A DNA stretch of 64,000 nt from Pseudomonas sp. (GTDB taxonomy: Bacteria > Pseudomonadota > Gammaproteobacteria > Pseudomonadales > Pseudomonadaceae): NCBI GenBank assembly GCA_034006605.1, contig JAVESM010000008.1:34081-98080 (forward strand). The letters run 5' to 3'. Under the pieces are notes generated by a model, which saw only the letters and a list, made by a program, of their open reading frames with translations, was not told the DNA's origin and made no database searches. Numbering within the stretch: position 1 is the stretch's first letter; every line of letters starts with the position of its first letter. Below are positions 28,185 to 37,715 of this stretch, piece by piece. Position numbers and translations under genes: made by a program.

Positions 28185-29402
28185 ATGCATGCAGATTTAA
28201 TCATCGTCGGCGCTGGAATGGTGGGCAGTACGCTGGCCTTGGCACTGAAAGACAGTGGACTCAATATTCTATTAATTGACGGCAGCCCGCTGAGCATTGC
28301 GCCATTCAATAAAGAGCAGGCTTTCGAACCACGCGTCAGTGCGTTATCAATTGCCAGCCAACGCATTTTAGAGCATGTTCACGCGTGGCCTAGCATACTC
28401 AAACGACGCACCAGCCCCTACCGTAACATGCATGTTTGGGACGGCTCAGGTACCGGTAAGATTGATTTTTCGGCAAGCAGCGTGCATGCCGAGGTGCTCG
28501 GACATATTGTTGAAAATCGCATCGTCCAAGAAGCTTTACTGGAACAACTGCACGACTCTGAAATCGGCTTACTCGCACACTCAAAAGTCGAACAATTACG
28601 CCATTCAGGTGATGGCTGGCTGGTGCAAATGGAAGATGGCAGCAAGATCCATAGCCCTTTAATTATTGCTGCTGATGGTGCCAACTCAGCTATTCGTCGC
28701 CTTGCAGGTTGCGCCACCCGCGAGTGGGATTACCTGCATCATGCGATTGTCACCAGCGTGCGCTGTGAAAAAGCACATCAATTCACGGCATGGCAACGCT
28801 TTACTGATGACGGCCCACTGGCTTTACTGCCCTTGCAGCATCATGACGGGCAAAACTGGTGCTCGATTGTCTGGTCAGTCCCCGCAGAACGAGCAGAGCA
28901 GATTATGGCACTGGATGACTCAGCTTTTTGTGACGCGCTGGGGCAAGCCTGTGAATATCGTTTAGGCGCCATTGAACATGCCGATCAGCGCCACAGCATT
29001 GCTCTGCGCCAGCGTCATGCCAAACGTTATGTCGAACCTGGGCTCGCGCTGATTGGCGATGCCGCACACACCATTCATCCGCTGGCCGGACAAGGCGTCA
29101 ACTTAGGTTTTTTAGATGCCGCAGTGTTAGCAGAAGTCCTACTCAGCGCACAGCAACGTGGTGAGAACATCGCCAGTGATCAGGTACTGAGTCGCTATGA
29201 GCGGCGGCGTATGCCACAGAACTTGGCGATGATGGCCGCAATGGAAGGTTTTCAACACCTGTTCCAAGCGGATGCTTTAGCCATTCGCTGGCTACGTAAT
29301 AGCGGACTCAATACGATGAATAGTCTCAGCGAAGCAAAAGCGCTGTTTATTCGCCAAGCACTCGGCTTGGGCATCACCTTGCCTGACTTAGCCAAGCCTT
29401 AA
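28185..29402 (+). CDS. ubiI: UbiH/UbiF/VisC/COQ6-family FAD monooxygenase (VisC/UbiI-like 2-octaprenylphenol hydroxylase)
   Basis: MHADLIIVGAGMVGS (GxGxxG), IAADGANS and IGDAAHTIHPLAGQGVNLG motifs. Start taken at ATG 28185 to avoid overlap with the preceding gene. Confidence 0.75.
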   Translation: MHADLIIVGAGMVGSTLALALKDSGLNILLIDGSPLSIAPFNKEQAFEPRVSALSIASQRILEHVHAWPSILKRRTSPYRNMHVWDGSGTGKIDFSASSVHAEVLGHIVENRIVQEALLEQLHDSEIGLLAHSKVEQLRHSGDGWLVQMEDGSKIHSPLIIAADGANSAIRRLAGCATREWDYLHHAIVTSVRCEKAHQFTAWQRFTDDGPLALLPLQHHDGQNWCSIVWSVPAERAEQIMALDDSAFCDALGQACEYRLGAIEHADQRHSIALRQRHAKRYVEPGLALIGDAAHTIHPLAGQGVNLGFLDAAVLAEVLLSAQQRGENIASDQVLSRYERRRMPQNLAMMAAMEGFQHLFQADALAIRWLRNSGLNTMNSLSEAKALFIRQALGLGITLPDLAKP

Positions 29403-29536
29403 ACCGCCTTGTGCAGGTATCTATAGAGCCGACCTGCACAATTTTTATTGGCCCGATAACATGTACAAATCGCGCACTGCACCTTGTCCAAGCGGCAATC
29501 TGTCACAGGTATTCGACACATTTAGTTGATAAACTA

Positions 29537-29556
29537 AATGCAATTAACTATCATTT
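29537..29556. promoter_or_regulatory. weak Fur-box-like AT-rich dyad upstream of the iron-binding protein gene
   Basis: AATGCAATTAACTATCATT has AATG/CATT dyad ends. By hand alignment it matches about 11 of 19 positions of the GATAATGATAATCATTATC consensus. Confidence 0.3.
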
Positions 29557-29583
29557 ACGCAATTTCACTCAACAGAGGTTGTC

Positions 29584-30585
29584 ATGTCGATTCGTAAACC
29601 TATTCTCGCCGCACTCGCATTCAGCGTTATTGCCGGTCATGTCCAAGCAGCAGACGATATCGTTGTTTACTCATCACGCATTGACGAACTCATCAAACCC
29701 GTTTTTGATAAATACACTGAACAAACGGGCGTTAATATCAAGTTCATTACTGATAAAGAAGCACCATTAATGGCGCGTTTGAAAGCAGAAGGTGGGAACA
29801 CCCCTGCTGACATCCTGATCACCGTGGATGCCGGTAATCTCTGGCAAGCAGAGCAAATGGGTATTTTACAACCACTCAACTCTGAAATAATCAAAGCCAA
29901 TATCCCTGCGCAATACCGTTCCAGCACCGATGGCTGGACAGGATTATCGTTACGTGCACGAACCATTGTTTACTCAACCGATCGTGTTGATCCAAAAGAG
30001 TTAAGCACTTATGAAGCACTGGCTGACAAAAACTGGGACGGCCGCTTGTGCCTACGGACCAGCAAAAAAGTCTATAACCAATCGCTGACCGCGACGTTGA
30101 TCGAAGCCCACGGCGCAGAACAAACTGAAAAACTGATTAAAGGTTGGATCAACAACTTAGCCACTGATGTGTTCTCTGATGATACAGCGCTAATTGAGGC
30201 CATCAATGCAGGTCAGTGCGACGTTGGTATCGTCAATACTTACTACTACGGTCGCTTGCACAAACAGAATCCTGATCTAAAAGCAAAACTGTTCTGGCCT
30301 AACCAAGAGGGCCGTGGTGTTCACGTCAATCTGTCCGGTGCTGGTATCACTAAATACGCACCACACGCTGATGCAGCCCGCAAACTCTTAGAGTGGATGA
30401 CCACTGCAGAAGCACAAAGCATCTTTGCCGGCGTGAACCAAGAGTTCCCCGCCAACCCAAGCGTTAAGCCTTCTGCAGAAGTTGCTGCTTGGGGTGAATT
30501 TAAAGCTGACACCGTTCCTGTCGAAGTGGCCGGTAAGCGTCAAGCTGAAGCGATCCGTTTAATGGATCGTGCTGACTGGCGTTAA
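29584..30585 (+). CDS. Fe(3+) ABC-transporter periplasmic substrate-binding protein (FbpA/AfuA family)
   Basis: Signal peptide, then IVVYSSR...; 333 aa, with a YYYG motif region typical of ferric-binding proteins. Confidence 0.8.
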   Translation: MSIRKPILAALAFSVIAGHVQAADDIVVYSSRIDELIKPVFDKYTEQTGVNIKFITDKEAPLMARLKAEGGNTPADILITVDAGNLWQAEQMGILQPLNSEIIKANIPAQYRSSTDGWTGLSLRARTIVYSTDRVDPKELSTYEALADKNWDGRLCLRTSKKVYNQSLTATLIEAHGAEQTEKLIKGWINNLATDVFSDDTALIEAINAGQCDVGIVNTYYYGRLHKQNPDLKAKLFWPNQEGRGVHVNLSGAGITKYAPHADAARKLLEWMTTAEAQSIFAGVNQEFPANPSVKPSAEVAAWGEFKADTVPVEVAGKRQAEAIRLMDRADWR

Positions 30586-30601
30586 TCGCTCGACCACGCT
30601 C

Positions 30602-30632
30602 ACAATAAACCGCCCTCGAGGCGGTTTATTGT
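30602..30632. terminator. bidirectional intrinsic terminator
   Basis: 13-bp perfect stem ACAATAAACCGCC / GGCGGTTTATTGT with a 5-nt loop, between the convergent fbpA-like and yigZ genes. Confidence 0.7.
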
Positions 30633-30634
30633 TT

Positions 30635-31228
30635 CTAGGGCAACACAACTTCTTGCAAAGTATTGGCTCCACGCGTGGCCTGACTGAGCGTATTTTGTAG
30701 CAGCGCAATCTGCGTATCAGGTACGGCTAAGTTTAACCAAGCACCCTCAGCATCAAACACCTCACTATTAAGTACCGCACCAGCTTCGGCAAGTCGCACC
30801 TTAAACACATCAAGATAGGTATAAGGGCAATGCCCAGACATCATTGTGCGCGGCACCGGCGTTTCACTGAGCGCAGTCTGCAATACCTGTGTTGCACAGC
30901 CTCCGTAAGCACGCGCTAAACCACCTGTGCCCAGCTGAATACCACCGTACCAACGCGTGACGACCACCAAGACTTGATCAAACTGTTGGTTTTCAATTGC
31001 CGCTAAGATCGGCCGACCCGCGGTGCCGCTCGGCTCACCATCGTCGTTAAAACGGTATTGCTCGCCACAACGCCAAGCCCAACAGTTATGCGATGCGCTT
31101 GGCCTGCTCAACTGTTCAATCCAACCGCTGGCCTGCTCTGCCATCGACAGTAAAACTGCTTGCGCAAGAAAGCGACTCTTGCGCACTTCCGCGTCATAGC
31201 TGTGCGTTGCTTTTAAAATGCGCATCAA
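30635..31228 (-). CDS. yigZ: IMPACT-family protein YigZ
   Basis: 197 aa with SHNCWAWR and DDGEPSGTAGRP motifs characteristic of YigZ/IMPACT N-terminal domains. Confidence 0.8.
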   Translation of the reverse strand: MMRILKATHSYDAEVRKSRFLAQAVLLSMAEQASGWIEQLSRPSASHNCWAWRCGEQYRFNDDGEPSGTAGRPILAAIENQQFDQVLVVVTRWYGGIQLGTGGLARAYGGCATQVLQTALSETPVPRTMMSGHCPYTYLDVFKVRLAEAGAVLNSEVFDAEGAWLNLAVPDTQIALLQNTLSQATRGANTLQEVVLP

Positions 31229-31885
31229 TTAAATCAAAGTGAAAATATCGTCCGCGGCTAAGCGCGACTTAGGCAATAAAGCATTAAAGTCAGTGTCGGC
31301 ACGATAACCCAAAGCCACTGCAACCACCGCGGTGAGATCACGCGAGTGTAAGTCAAACTCTGCATCTAAAACAGCCTGGTCAATCCCTTCCATTGGCACT
31401 GCATCAATCCCTAGCAGCCCCGCACCGAGTAAAAGACTACCCAGATTCAAATAGACCTGTTTTTCCAGCCAATGCGGTACATCTTTCTTACAGTATTTAT
31501 GCTCATTTAAATAGGCCAAACGCGTATTATGTGCTGCAGCTTTAACCTCTGGCTTGCTTACAAAACGCCCGTCACGCTCTTCCGCTGCGAGCACGCGCTG
31601 CAAATATGCCTCATCAATCTGCGTACGCGCACAAAACAACAGCACATGTGAAGCGTTAAGAATCTTATTGGCGTTATAACTGTAGCTACCTCCCGCGCCC
31701 TTGGCTAAACGTGCTTTTCCCTCCTCAGTGCTGGCCACGATAAAATGCCATGGCTGAATATTGGTGCTCGATGGACTCAAGCGCAGTAACGCTAAGAGCT
31801 GCTCAACCACCTGCTCCGGCAGTTTTTTTGCTGTATCAAAAGCCTTAGTGGCATAGCGGCGATTCAGTGCATCAATTAATGGCAT
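31229..31885 (-). CDS. nfsB: oxygen-insensitive NAD(P)H nitroreductase (NfsB/NfnB type)
   Basis: 218 aa. RYATKAFD...SPSSTNIQPWHFIVASTEEGKARLAK is near-identical in pattern to E. coli NfsB. C-terminal FNALLPKSRL. Confidence 0.85.
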   Translation of the reverse strand: MPLIDALNRRYATKAFDTAKKLPEQVVEQLLALLRLSPSSTNIQPWHFIVASTEEGKARLAKGAGGSYSYNANKILNASHVLLFCARTQIDEAYLQRVLAAEERDGRFVSKPEVKAAAHNTRLAYLNEHKYCKKDVPHWLEKQVYLNLGSLLLGAGLLGIDAVPMEGIDQAVLDAEFDLHSRDLTAVVAVALGYRADTDFNALLPKSRLAADDIFTLI

Positions 31886-31899
31886 AAGAACCTCTATTA

Positions 31900-32274
31900 T
31901 TAATCATCATGCTCAGAATGCTCATGACTATGATGGTGACCTACCTCTGGCTGTTCCGTCTTCAACTGACCCTTTAAATAGAGCAATACGGCTGTTTCTG
32001 GATCAGTTTCTTTGGTCGTCAGGCTTTGAATGCCTTTGCGCGCTAAACGCTGGCTTAAACCTTGCCCCATACCACCAGCAATCAATAGATCGATATCGTC
32101 CAGTGGATGCGGCTCATGGTTAGAGCTGTCGTGAAAGGATTGTTCTTTCGGCAACTCAAGTAACTGTTTATCGATAATGTGCTTGTCTTGCGTGGTAAAT
32201 ATCCAAAATTTTCGGCAACGACCGGCATGTTCGGTAATGATCTTACGATTTTGACTGGTAACTGCAATCTTCAT
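31900..32274 (-). CDS. NifB/NifX-family (dinitrogenase FeMo-cofactor-binding domain) protein with His-rich tail
   Basis: 124 aa. MKIAVTS...HAGRC...LLIAGGMGQGLSQRLARKGI matches the Nitro_FeMo-Co fold pattern. The C-terminus is GHHHSHEHSEHDD. Confidence 0.65.
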   Translation of the reverse strand: MKIAVTSQNRKIITEHAGRCRKFWIFTTQDKHIIDKQLLELPKEQSFHDSSNHEPHPLDDIDLLIAGGMGQGLSQRLARKGIQSLTTKETDPETAVLLYLKGQLKTEQPEVGHHHSHEHSEHDD

Positions 32275-32458
32275 ATTGACCTCTTACTGCATGGCTTGGC
32301 GCACATCCATTGGATGCACAACCATAAAACTTAACAATTAAGTATAGTATGCATCGCTTCAGGCAACTGCGCTATGGTTACAAGCAAGTTATCGCACATG
32401 CAATCAAACCGTGTTTATTGCTATTCTTACCACCCGTAAACACCCAACGCTGTAATCA

Positions 32459-32872
32459 ATGACACATAAGGTTGATGCCGTGCCAGTCACTCTCCCGCCT
32501 AAAGAAAGCCTCATTGTTGAATTTAAAAGTGATCGCAACGGCTACCCTGATCGCGAGCTGATTGAAGCGCTGACTTGCCTTGCCAATACACAAGGCGGCG
32601 AACTCTGGCTAGGCGTTGAAGACGATGGCACGGCAAGCGGCGTTCATCCCAAGCATCAAGACCTCCCGCGACTCACTCAATTAATTGCTGCCGATACCTC
32701 CCCGCCACTCCAAGTGACAATCAAAATGCACACCCTCAATAATGTCACTGTTGTGCAAATTATCGTGCCAGAAGCCAAACGTCTCATCGCAACCAAAGAA
32801 GGGACTTACTTGCGCCGCCGCCTCAAACACGATGGCTCTCCTGAATGCATTCATATTCCCTCCAGCAACTGA
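32459..32872 (+). CDS. short AlbA_2 (Schlafen-type, 'divergent AAA') domain protein, possibly a truncated remnant
   Basis: ESLIVEFKSD...LANTQGGELWLGVEDDGTASGV...VVQIIVPE...GTYLRRR fits the AlbA_2 domain pattern. Only 137 aa, whereas family members I know usually carry a large C-terminal ATPase-like/HTH part. Confidence 0.5.
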   Translation: MTHKVDAVPVTLPPKESLIVEFKSDRNGYPDRELIEALTCLANTQGGELWLGVEDDGTASGVHPKHQDLPRLTQLIAADTSPPLQVTIKMHTLNNVTVVQIIVPEAKRLIATKEGTYLRRRLKHDGSPECIHIPSSN

Positions 32873-33066
32873 GCTTGACGCTACAACAGTGATACAAACC
32901 GAATATCTGTCTCCGACGCCAGAGCCAAATATACAGGCCCGCACACTAAAGAAATTGCAGATGAAGCCTCGCACCAATTGCTGCTAGAATAGCCACACTC
33001 ATTCATGATGCACCGCCACTTTAGAATGCAGAACCGACCTTTTTGCAGGAAACCCCTGCATCATAG

Positions 33067-33732
<666 letters not shown>

Positions 33733-33805
33733 GAGCATCTGTGTCAGCAAGTTGAGCTTATCGCTTTATTTGTCGTGCTTTATTTTTTAAACTGTATCTG
33801 TTTAT

Positions 33806-33830
33806 GCGCCACTTACGGCGCTGTTTTTTT
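33806..33830 (+). terminator. weak hairpin plus T-tract between gmk and rpoZ (possible attenuator)
   Basis: GCGCC-ACTTAC-GGCGC (5-bp stem) followed by TGTTTTTTT. Confidence 0.3.
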
Positions 33831-33844
33831 CTGTGAGGAATACC

Positions 33845-34111
33845 ATGGCTCGCGTTACTGTTGAAGATTGCCTAGAAAACGTTGAAAACCGTTTTGCTTT
33901 AGTTATGCTGGCCACCAAGCGTTCGCGCCAATTAGCGACCGGCGGCAAAGAGCCTAAAGTGCCTGTGGAAAATGACAAACCAACTGTTCTAGCATTACGT
34001 GAAATTGCAGCTGGCTTCATCACCGATGCAGTCATTGCAGCAGAAGACGCAATCAGTGCTGAAGAACCTTTATTTGCAGCTTTTGACGACAACGCCAACG
34101 AAGCACGCTAA
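33845..34111 (+). CDS. rpoZ: RNA polymerase omega subunit
   Basis: [30 protein letters not shown] is the canonical RpoZ N-terminus. Confidence 0.92.
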   Translation: MARVTVEDCLENVENRFALVMLATKRSRQLATGGKEPKVPVENDKPTVLALREIAAGFITDAVIAAEDAISAEEPLFAAFDDNANEAR

Positions 34112-34169
34112 TGCGCGTGCAGGTCGCTTACTGCACGAAGATAGATCAATTGCTATTAGGGGGTGAGCG

Positions 34170-36281
34170 ATGCCTGCTTTAGATCGTCTCTCTGAGCAAT
34201 TATCAACGTATCTCAGTAGCGACCAAGTGAATGCGGTGCGCCGTGCGTATTATTACGCCGAGCAAGCACACGATGGCCAATTACGCAGCAGTGGTGAGCA
34301 GTATGTGACTCACCCACTGGCAGTGGCGACTATCCTAGCGAACATGCACATGGACCATCAAAGTTTGATGGCAGCGATGTTGCATGATGTGATTGAAGAT
34401 ACCGGCATCCCGAAAGAAGCCCTCGCGGCACAGTTTGGCGACAGCGTTGCTGAGCTGGTCGATGGGGTCAGTAAGCTGACACAAATGAAATTCGGTACTA
34501 AAGCCGAAGCGCAGGCAGAAAATTTCCAGAAAATGGCCATGGCCATGGCGCGTGATATTCGTGTCATCTTAGTCAAGCTCGCTGACCGCTTGCACAATAT
34601 GCGCACGCTTGGCGCGCTCAATGCGGAAAAACGCCGGCGCATTGCCAAAGAAACCTTAGAAATTTATGCACCCATTGCCAACCGCTTGGGGATGAATCGT
34701 ATTTATGCTGAATTTGAAGACCTTGGTTTTAAAGCCATGTACCCGATGCGTGCTGCGCGCATTCAGTCAGCAGTTAAAAGTTCGCGTGGCAATCGCAAAG
34801 AAATCGTTAACAAAATCCAAGAATCCATTGCGCATTGTTTAGAGCGTGAAGGTTTGCCGGGCGAAGTCAGCGGCCGCGAAAAACATCTATACAGCATTTA
34901 TCAAAAAATGCGCGGCAAGCGCAAAGCCTTCGCCGAGATTATGGATGTCTACGCGTTTCGAATTGTCGTTGACAAAGTCGATACCTGTTATCGCGTACTG
35001 GGCGCTGTACATAATCTCTACAAGCCCTTTCCTGGTCGTTTTAAAGATTACATTGCAATCCCTAAAGCCAATGGCTACCAATCGTTGCACACCACCTTGT
35101 TTGGTATGCACGGTGTGCCGATTGAGATTCAAATCCGCACCCGAGAAATGGAAGAGTTAGCCAATAATGGAATTGCAGCACACTGGCTATACAAAACCGA
35201 AGAAAACGGTCGTCGCAATAATCATGCACGCGCGCGCCAGTGGGTTAAAGGCTTATTGGAGTTGCAGCAAAATGCCGGCAACTCGCTCGAGTTTATTGAA
35301 AATGTAAAAATTGATTTATTCCCTGATGAAGTCTATGTGTTCACCCCCAAAGGCCGCATCATGGAATTACCGAAAGGCTCAACACCGGTCGACTTTGCCT
35401 ACGCAGTGCACACCGACGTAGGGAATACCTGCATTGCTTGTCGCGTCAATCGGCGTCTCGCACCGCTCTCCCAAGCACTGGAAAGCGGCGCCACGGTTGA
35501 AGTGATTACCGCACCCAATACTCAGCCGAATCCAAACTGGCTGAACTTTGTCGTCACCGGTAAAGCCCGCACCCATATTCGTCATGCCCTGAAACAACAG
35601 CGCCGTGAAGAATCAGTCAGTTTAGGTGCACGTTTGCTGAGCAAAGCTTTAGATAACTTAGGCGTACGCTTTGAGGACATCTCTGAGACGCGTTTACAGG
35701 TGCTGCTCGAAGAAAACCATCAAGACGAGCGTGATGATTTGCTCGAAGATATTGGTTTAGGTAACCGTACCGCCCACGTGATCGCCCGACGCTTATTATC
35801 GACCGAAGAATCGGATGCCAACCCATTAGCCACTGATGGCCCATTAGTGATTCGCGGCACGGAAGGCTTGGTGCTGAACTACGCACGCTGCTGCACACCG
35901 ATCCCCGGCGACTTAATTGTTGGCCACTTATCCGCAGGAAAAGGCATGGTGGTGCATCGTGACAGCTGTAAAAACATCAGTGAGTTCCGCAACAACCCCG
36001 AAAAATGCATACCACTGACCTGGGCGAAAGACATTGATAGCGAATTCAATGTTGAACTGCGCATTGAGTTGGCCCATCAGCGTGGCCTAATCGCCCTACT
36101 GGCTGGCACCATCAGTGAAGCCGACGCCAACATTGATAAGATCAATGTTGATGAGCGTGATGGCCGCATTAGCGTCATTCAACTGGGTATTAGCGTACGT
36201 GACCGTGTCCATTTAGCACGTATTATTCGCAAGTTGCGTGGCCTCCACGGCGTGTCTCGTATTACCCGTATGCGCGCTTAA
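34170..36281 (+). CDS. spoT: bifunctional (p)ppGpp synthetase/hydrolase SpoT
   Basis: 703 aa with an HD domain (HPLAVA...LHDVIEDT), a RelA/SpoT synthetase region, and TGS and ACT domains. Follows rpoZ. Confidence 0.92.
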   Translation: MPALDRLSEQLSTYLSSDQVNAVRRAYYYAEQAHDGQLRSSGEQYVTHPLAVATILANMHMDHQSLMAAMLHDVIEDTGIPKEALAAQFGDSVAELVDGVSKLTQMKFGTKAEAQAENFQKMAMAMARDIRVILVKLADRLHNMRTLGALNAEKRRRIAKETLEIYAPIANRLGMNRIYAEFEDLGFKAMYPMRAARIQSAVKSSRGNRKEIVNKIQESIAHCLEREGLPGEVSGREKHLYSIYQKMRGKRKAFAEIMDVYAFRIVVDKVDTCYRVLGAVHNLYKPFPGRFKDYIAIPKANGYQSLHTTLFGMHGVPIEIQIRTREMEELANNGIAAHWLYKTEENGRRNNHARARQWVKGLLELQQNAGNSLEFIENVKIDLFPDEVYVFTPKGRIMELPKGSTPVDFAYAVHTDVGNTCIACRVNRRLAPLSQALESGATVEVITAPNTQPNPNWLNFVVTGKARTHIRHALKQQRREESVSLGARLLSKALDNLGVRFEDISETRLQVLLEENHQDERDDLLEDIGLGNRTAHVIARRLLSTEESDANPLATDGPLVIRGTEGLVLNYARCCTPIPGDLIVGHLSAGKGMVVHRDSCKNISEFRNNPEKCIPLTWAKDIDSEFNVELRIELAHQRGLIALLAGTISEADANIDKINVDERDGRISVIQLGISVRDRVHLARIIRKLRGLHGVSRITRMRA

Positions 36282-36356
36282 ACCCCTTTATACCGTGCGC
36301 CTTTGCGCTTGCTGTATCAGTCTGGCGTACGGATTTTTTACATCACGGAGCACATC

Positions 36357-36737
36357 ATGAGCAAAACCATTATCAACACCGAAAACGCACCCGCAGCGAT
36401 TGGCACTTACTCACAAGCCGTGCGTGTCGACAACACGGTATATATGTCTGGGCAAATTCCATTGAATCCGAGCACCATGGAAATGGTTGAAGGTTTTGAG
36501 CAGCAAACTGTGCAAGTGTTTGAGAATTTAAAAGCAGTCGCTGAAGCAGCCGGTGGCTCTCTAAATGACATCGTTAAGCTCAATATATTCTTAACCGATT
36601 TAGGCAACTTTGCTGCACTCAACGAAGTGATGAGCCGTTACTTTAGCGCGCCTTACCCCGCACGCGCCGCGGTTGGGGTTGCCTCATTACCACGCAACGC
36701 CTGCGTGGAAATGGATGCGGTCTTGTACCTCGGCTAA
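36357..36737 (+). CDS. ridA: RidA-family reactive-enamine/imine deaminase
   Basis: [22 protein letters not shown]...[22 protein letters not shown]. 126 aa from ATG 36357. Confidence 0.88.
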   Translation: MSKTIINTENAPAAIGTYSQAVRVDNTVYMSGQIPLNPSTMEMVEGFEQQTVQVFENLKAVAEAAGGSLNDIVKLNIFLTDLGNFAALNEVMSRYFSAPYPARAAVGVASLPRNACVEMDAVLYLG

Positions 36738-36766
36738 AAGTTGCACTACGGCGCAATTGACTGATC

Positions 36767-37621
36767 TTAAAGGTCCGTCAACTGCGCCGCGTAACCCTCT
36801 CGAAAACTGCCGTACTGTGGCGCCCAACCTAAGGCGCGCGCGCGCGCATTACTGCAACGCTTACTCCCCGCCCGCCGCTTCAATTCTAAACCTGGCACAC
36901 TGCTGACCTTAAGCTGCTGTTGCAACCAAGCCACCACTTCGGCCAACTCAACTGGCGCATTATCAACGCCGACATACACCGACTCAAGCACGTGACCCTG
37001 CGCATCAGCCTGCACAATTGCAGCAATTAATGCTGCTGCATCATCAGCATGAATACGGTTAGTAAACTGATGCAACTGTGAGGCGTGATAGCCTTCACGC
37101 ACTTGGCGAATCAACATATTACGACCAGGCCCATAAATACCGGTCAAACGCACCACCGTGGCAGGATGACCACTATTGAGCGCACACTGTTCAGCATGGA
37201 GCATAATGTGCCCAGAGCAACGTTGGGGCGCAGTCGGCGACTGCTCGTCAACCCAACTGTCATCGTTCTGACCATAAACACTGGTACTGGATACAAAAAT
37301 CACTCGTTTCGGTTGTTGCTGATGTTGCGCCAGCCAGCTATAAATATGCCGCTGACCTTGCACATAGGCCTGCTGATAATCAGCTTCGCTCATACTCTGT
37401 GCTGCCATCGCATAAATCACATAATCAATCGGCTGCGACGGCCAGTCACTCGGGCATTGAGCTTTGCCTAAGTCAGCAGCGATCGGTAAAATTGCAGCGG
37501 GCAACTGACTGGGATTACGGCGCAAACCATGTACAGTGCAGCCTTGCTGATTCAATAACAAAGCCACTCGACTGCCAATATCTCCACACCCCACCACCAC
37601 CACTCGCAATTGTTTGTGCAT
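36767..37621 (-). CDS. NAD(P)-dependent SDR/epimerase-family oxidoreductase
   Basis: Rossmann motif VVVGCGDIGSRV near the N-terminus, about 285 aa. The start is uncertain: 37621, 37636 or 37651. Confidence 0.62.
   Translation of the reverse strand: MHKQLRVVVVGCGDIGSRVALLLNQQGCTVHGLRRNPSQLPAAILPIAADLGKAQCPSDWPSQPIDYVIYAMAAQSMSEADYQQAYVQGQRHIYSWLAQHQQQPKRVIFVSSTSVYGQNDDSWVDEQSPTAPQRCSGHIMLHAEQCALNSGHPATVVRLTGIYGPGRNMLIRQVREGYHASQLHQFTNRIHADDAAALIAAIVQADAQGHVLESVYVGVDNAPVELAEVVAWLQQQLKVSSVPGLELKRRAGSKRCSNARARALGWAPQYGSFREGYAAQLTDL
36834..36847. repeat. (GC)7 dinucleotide microsatellite inside the SDR coding sequence
   Basis: The plus strand reads aagGCGCGCGCGCGCGCatt and encodes NARARAL on the minus strand. 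Confidence 0.85.
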
Positions 37622-37715
37622 TCCGATTGACTCCATTACTGGCTTAAGCACGATATTTATTGGTCACAATTTAATGTAGCAGCTATGCTAATGGCAATCC
37701 TAATGGAAAATAGCT

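Noticed and set aside
29411-29770. 119-aa ORF overlapping the promoter and 5' end of the fbpA-like gene.
   Set aside because: It is out of frame with a well-supported signal-peptide-bearing gene, has no SD, and gives an implausible Cys/His/Leu-rich translation.
32742-32987. 81-aa ORF overlapping and extending past the AlbA_2 ORF in another frame.
   Set aside because: It is probably only the frame that stays open in a decayed gene. I report it under the AlbA_2 finding rather than as a separate gene.
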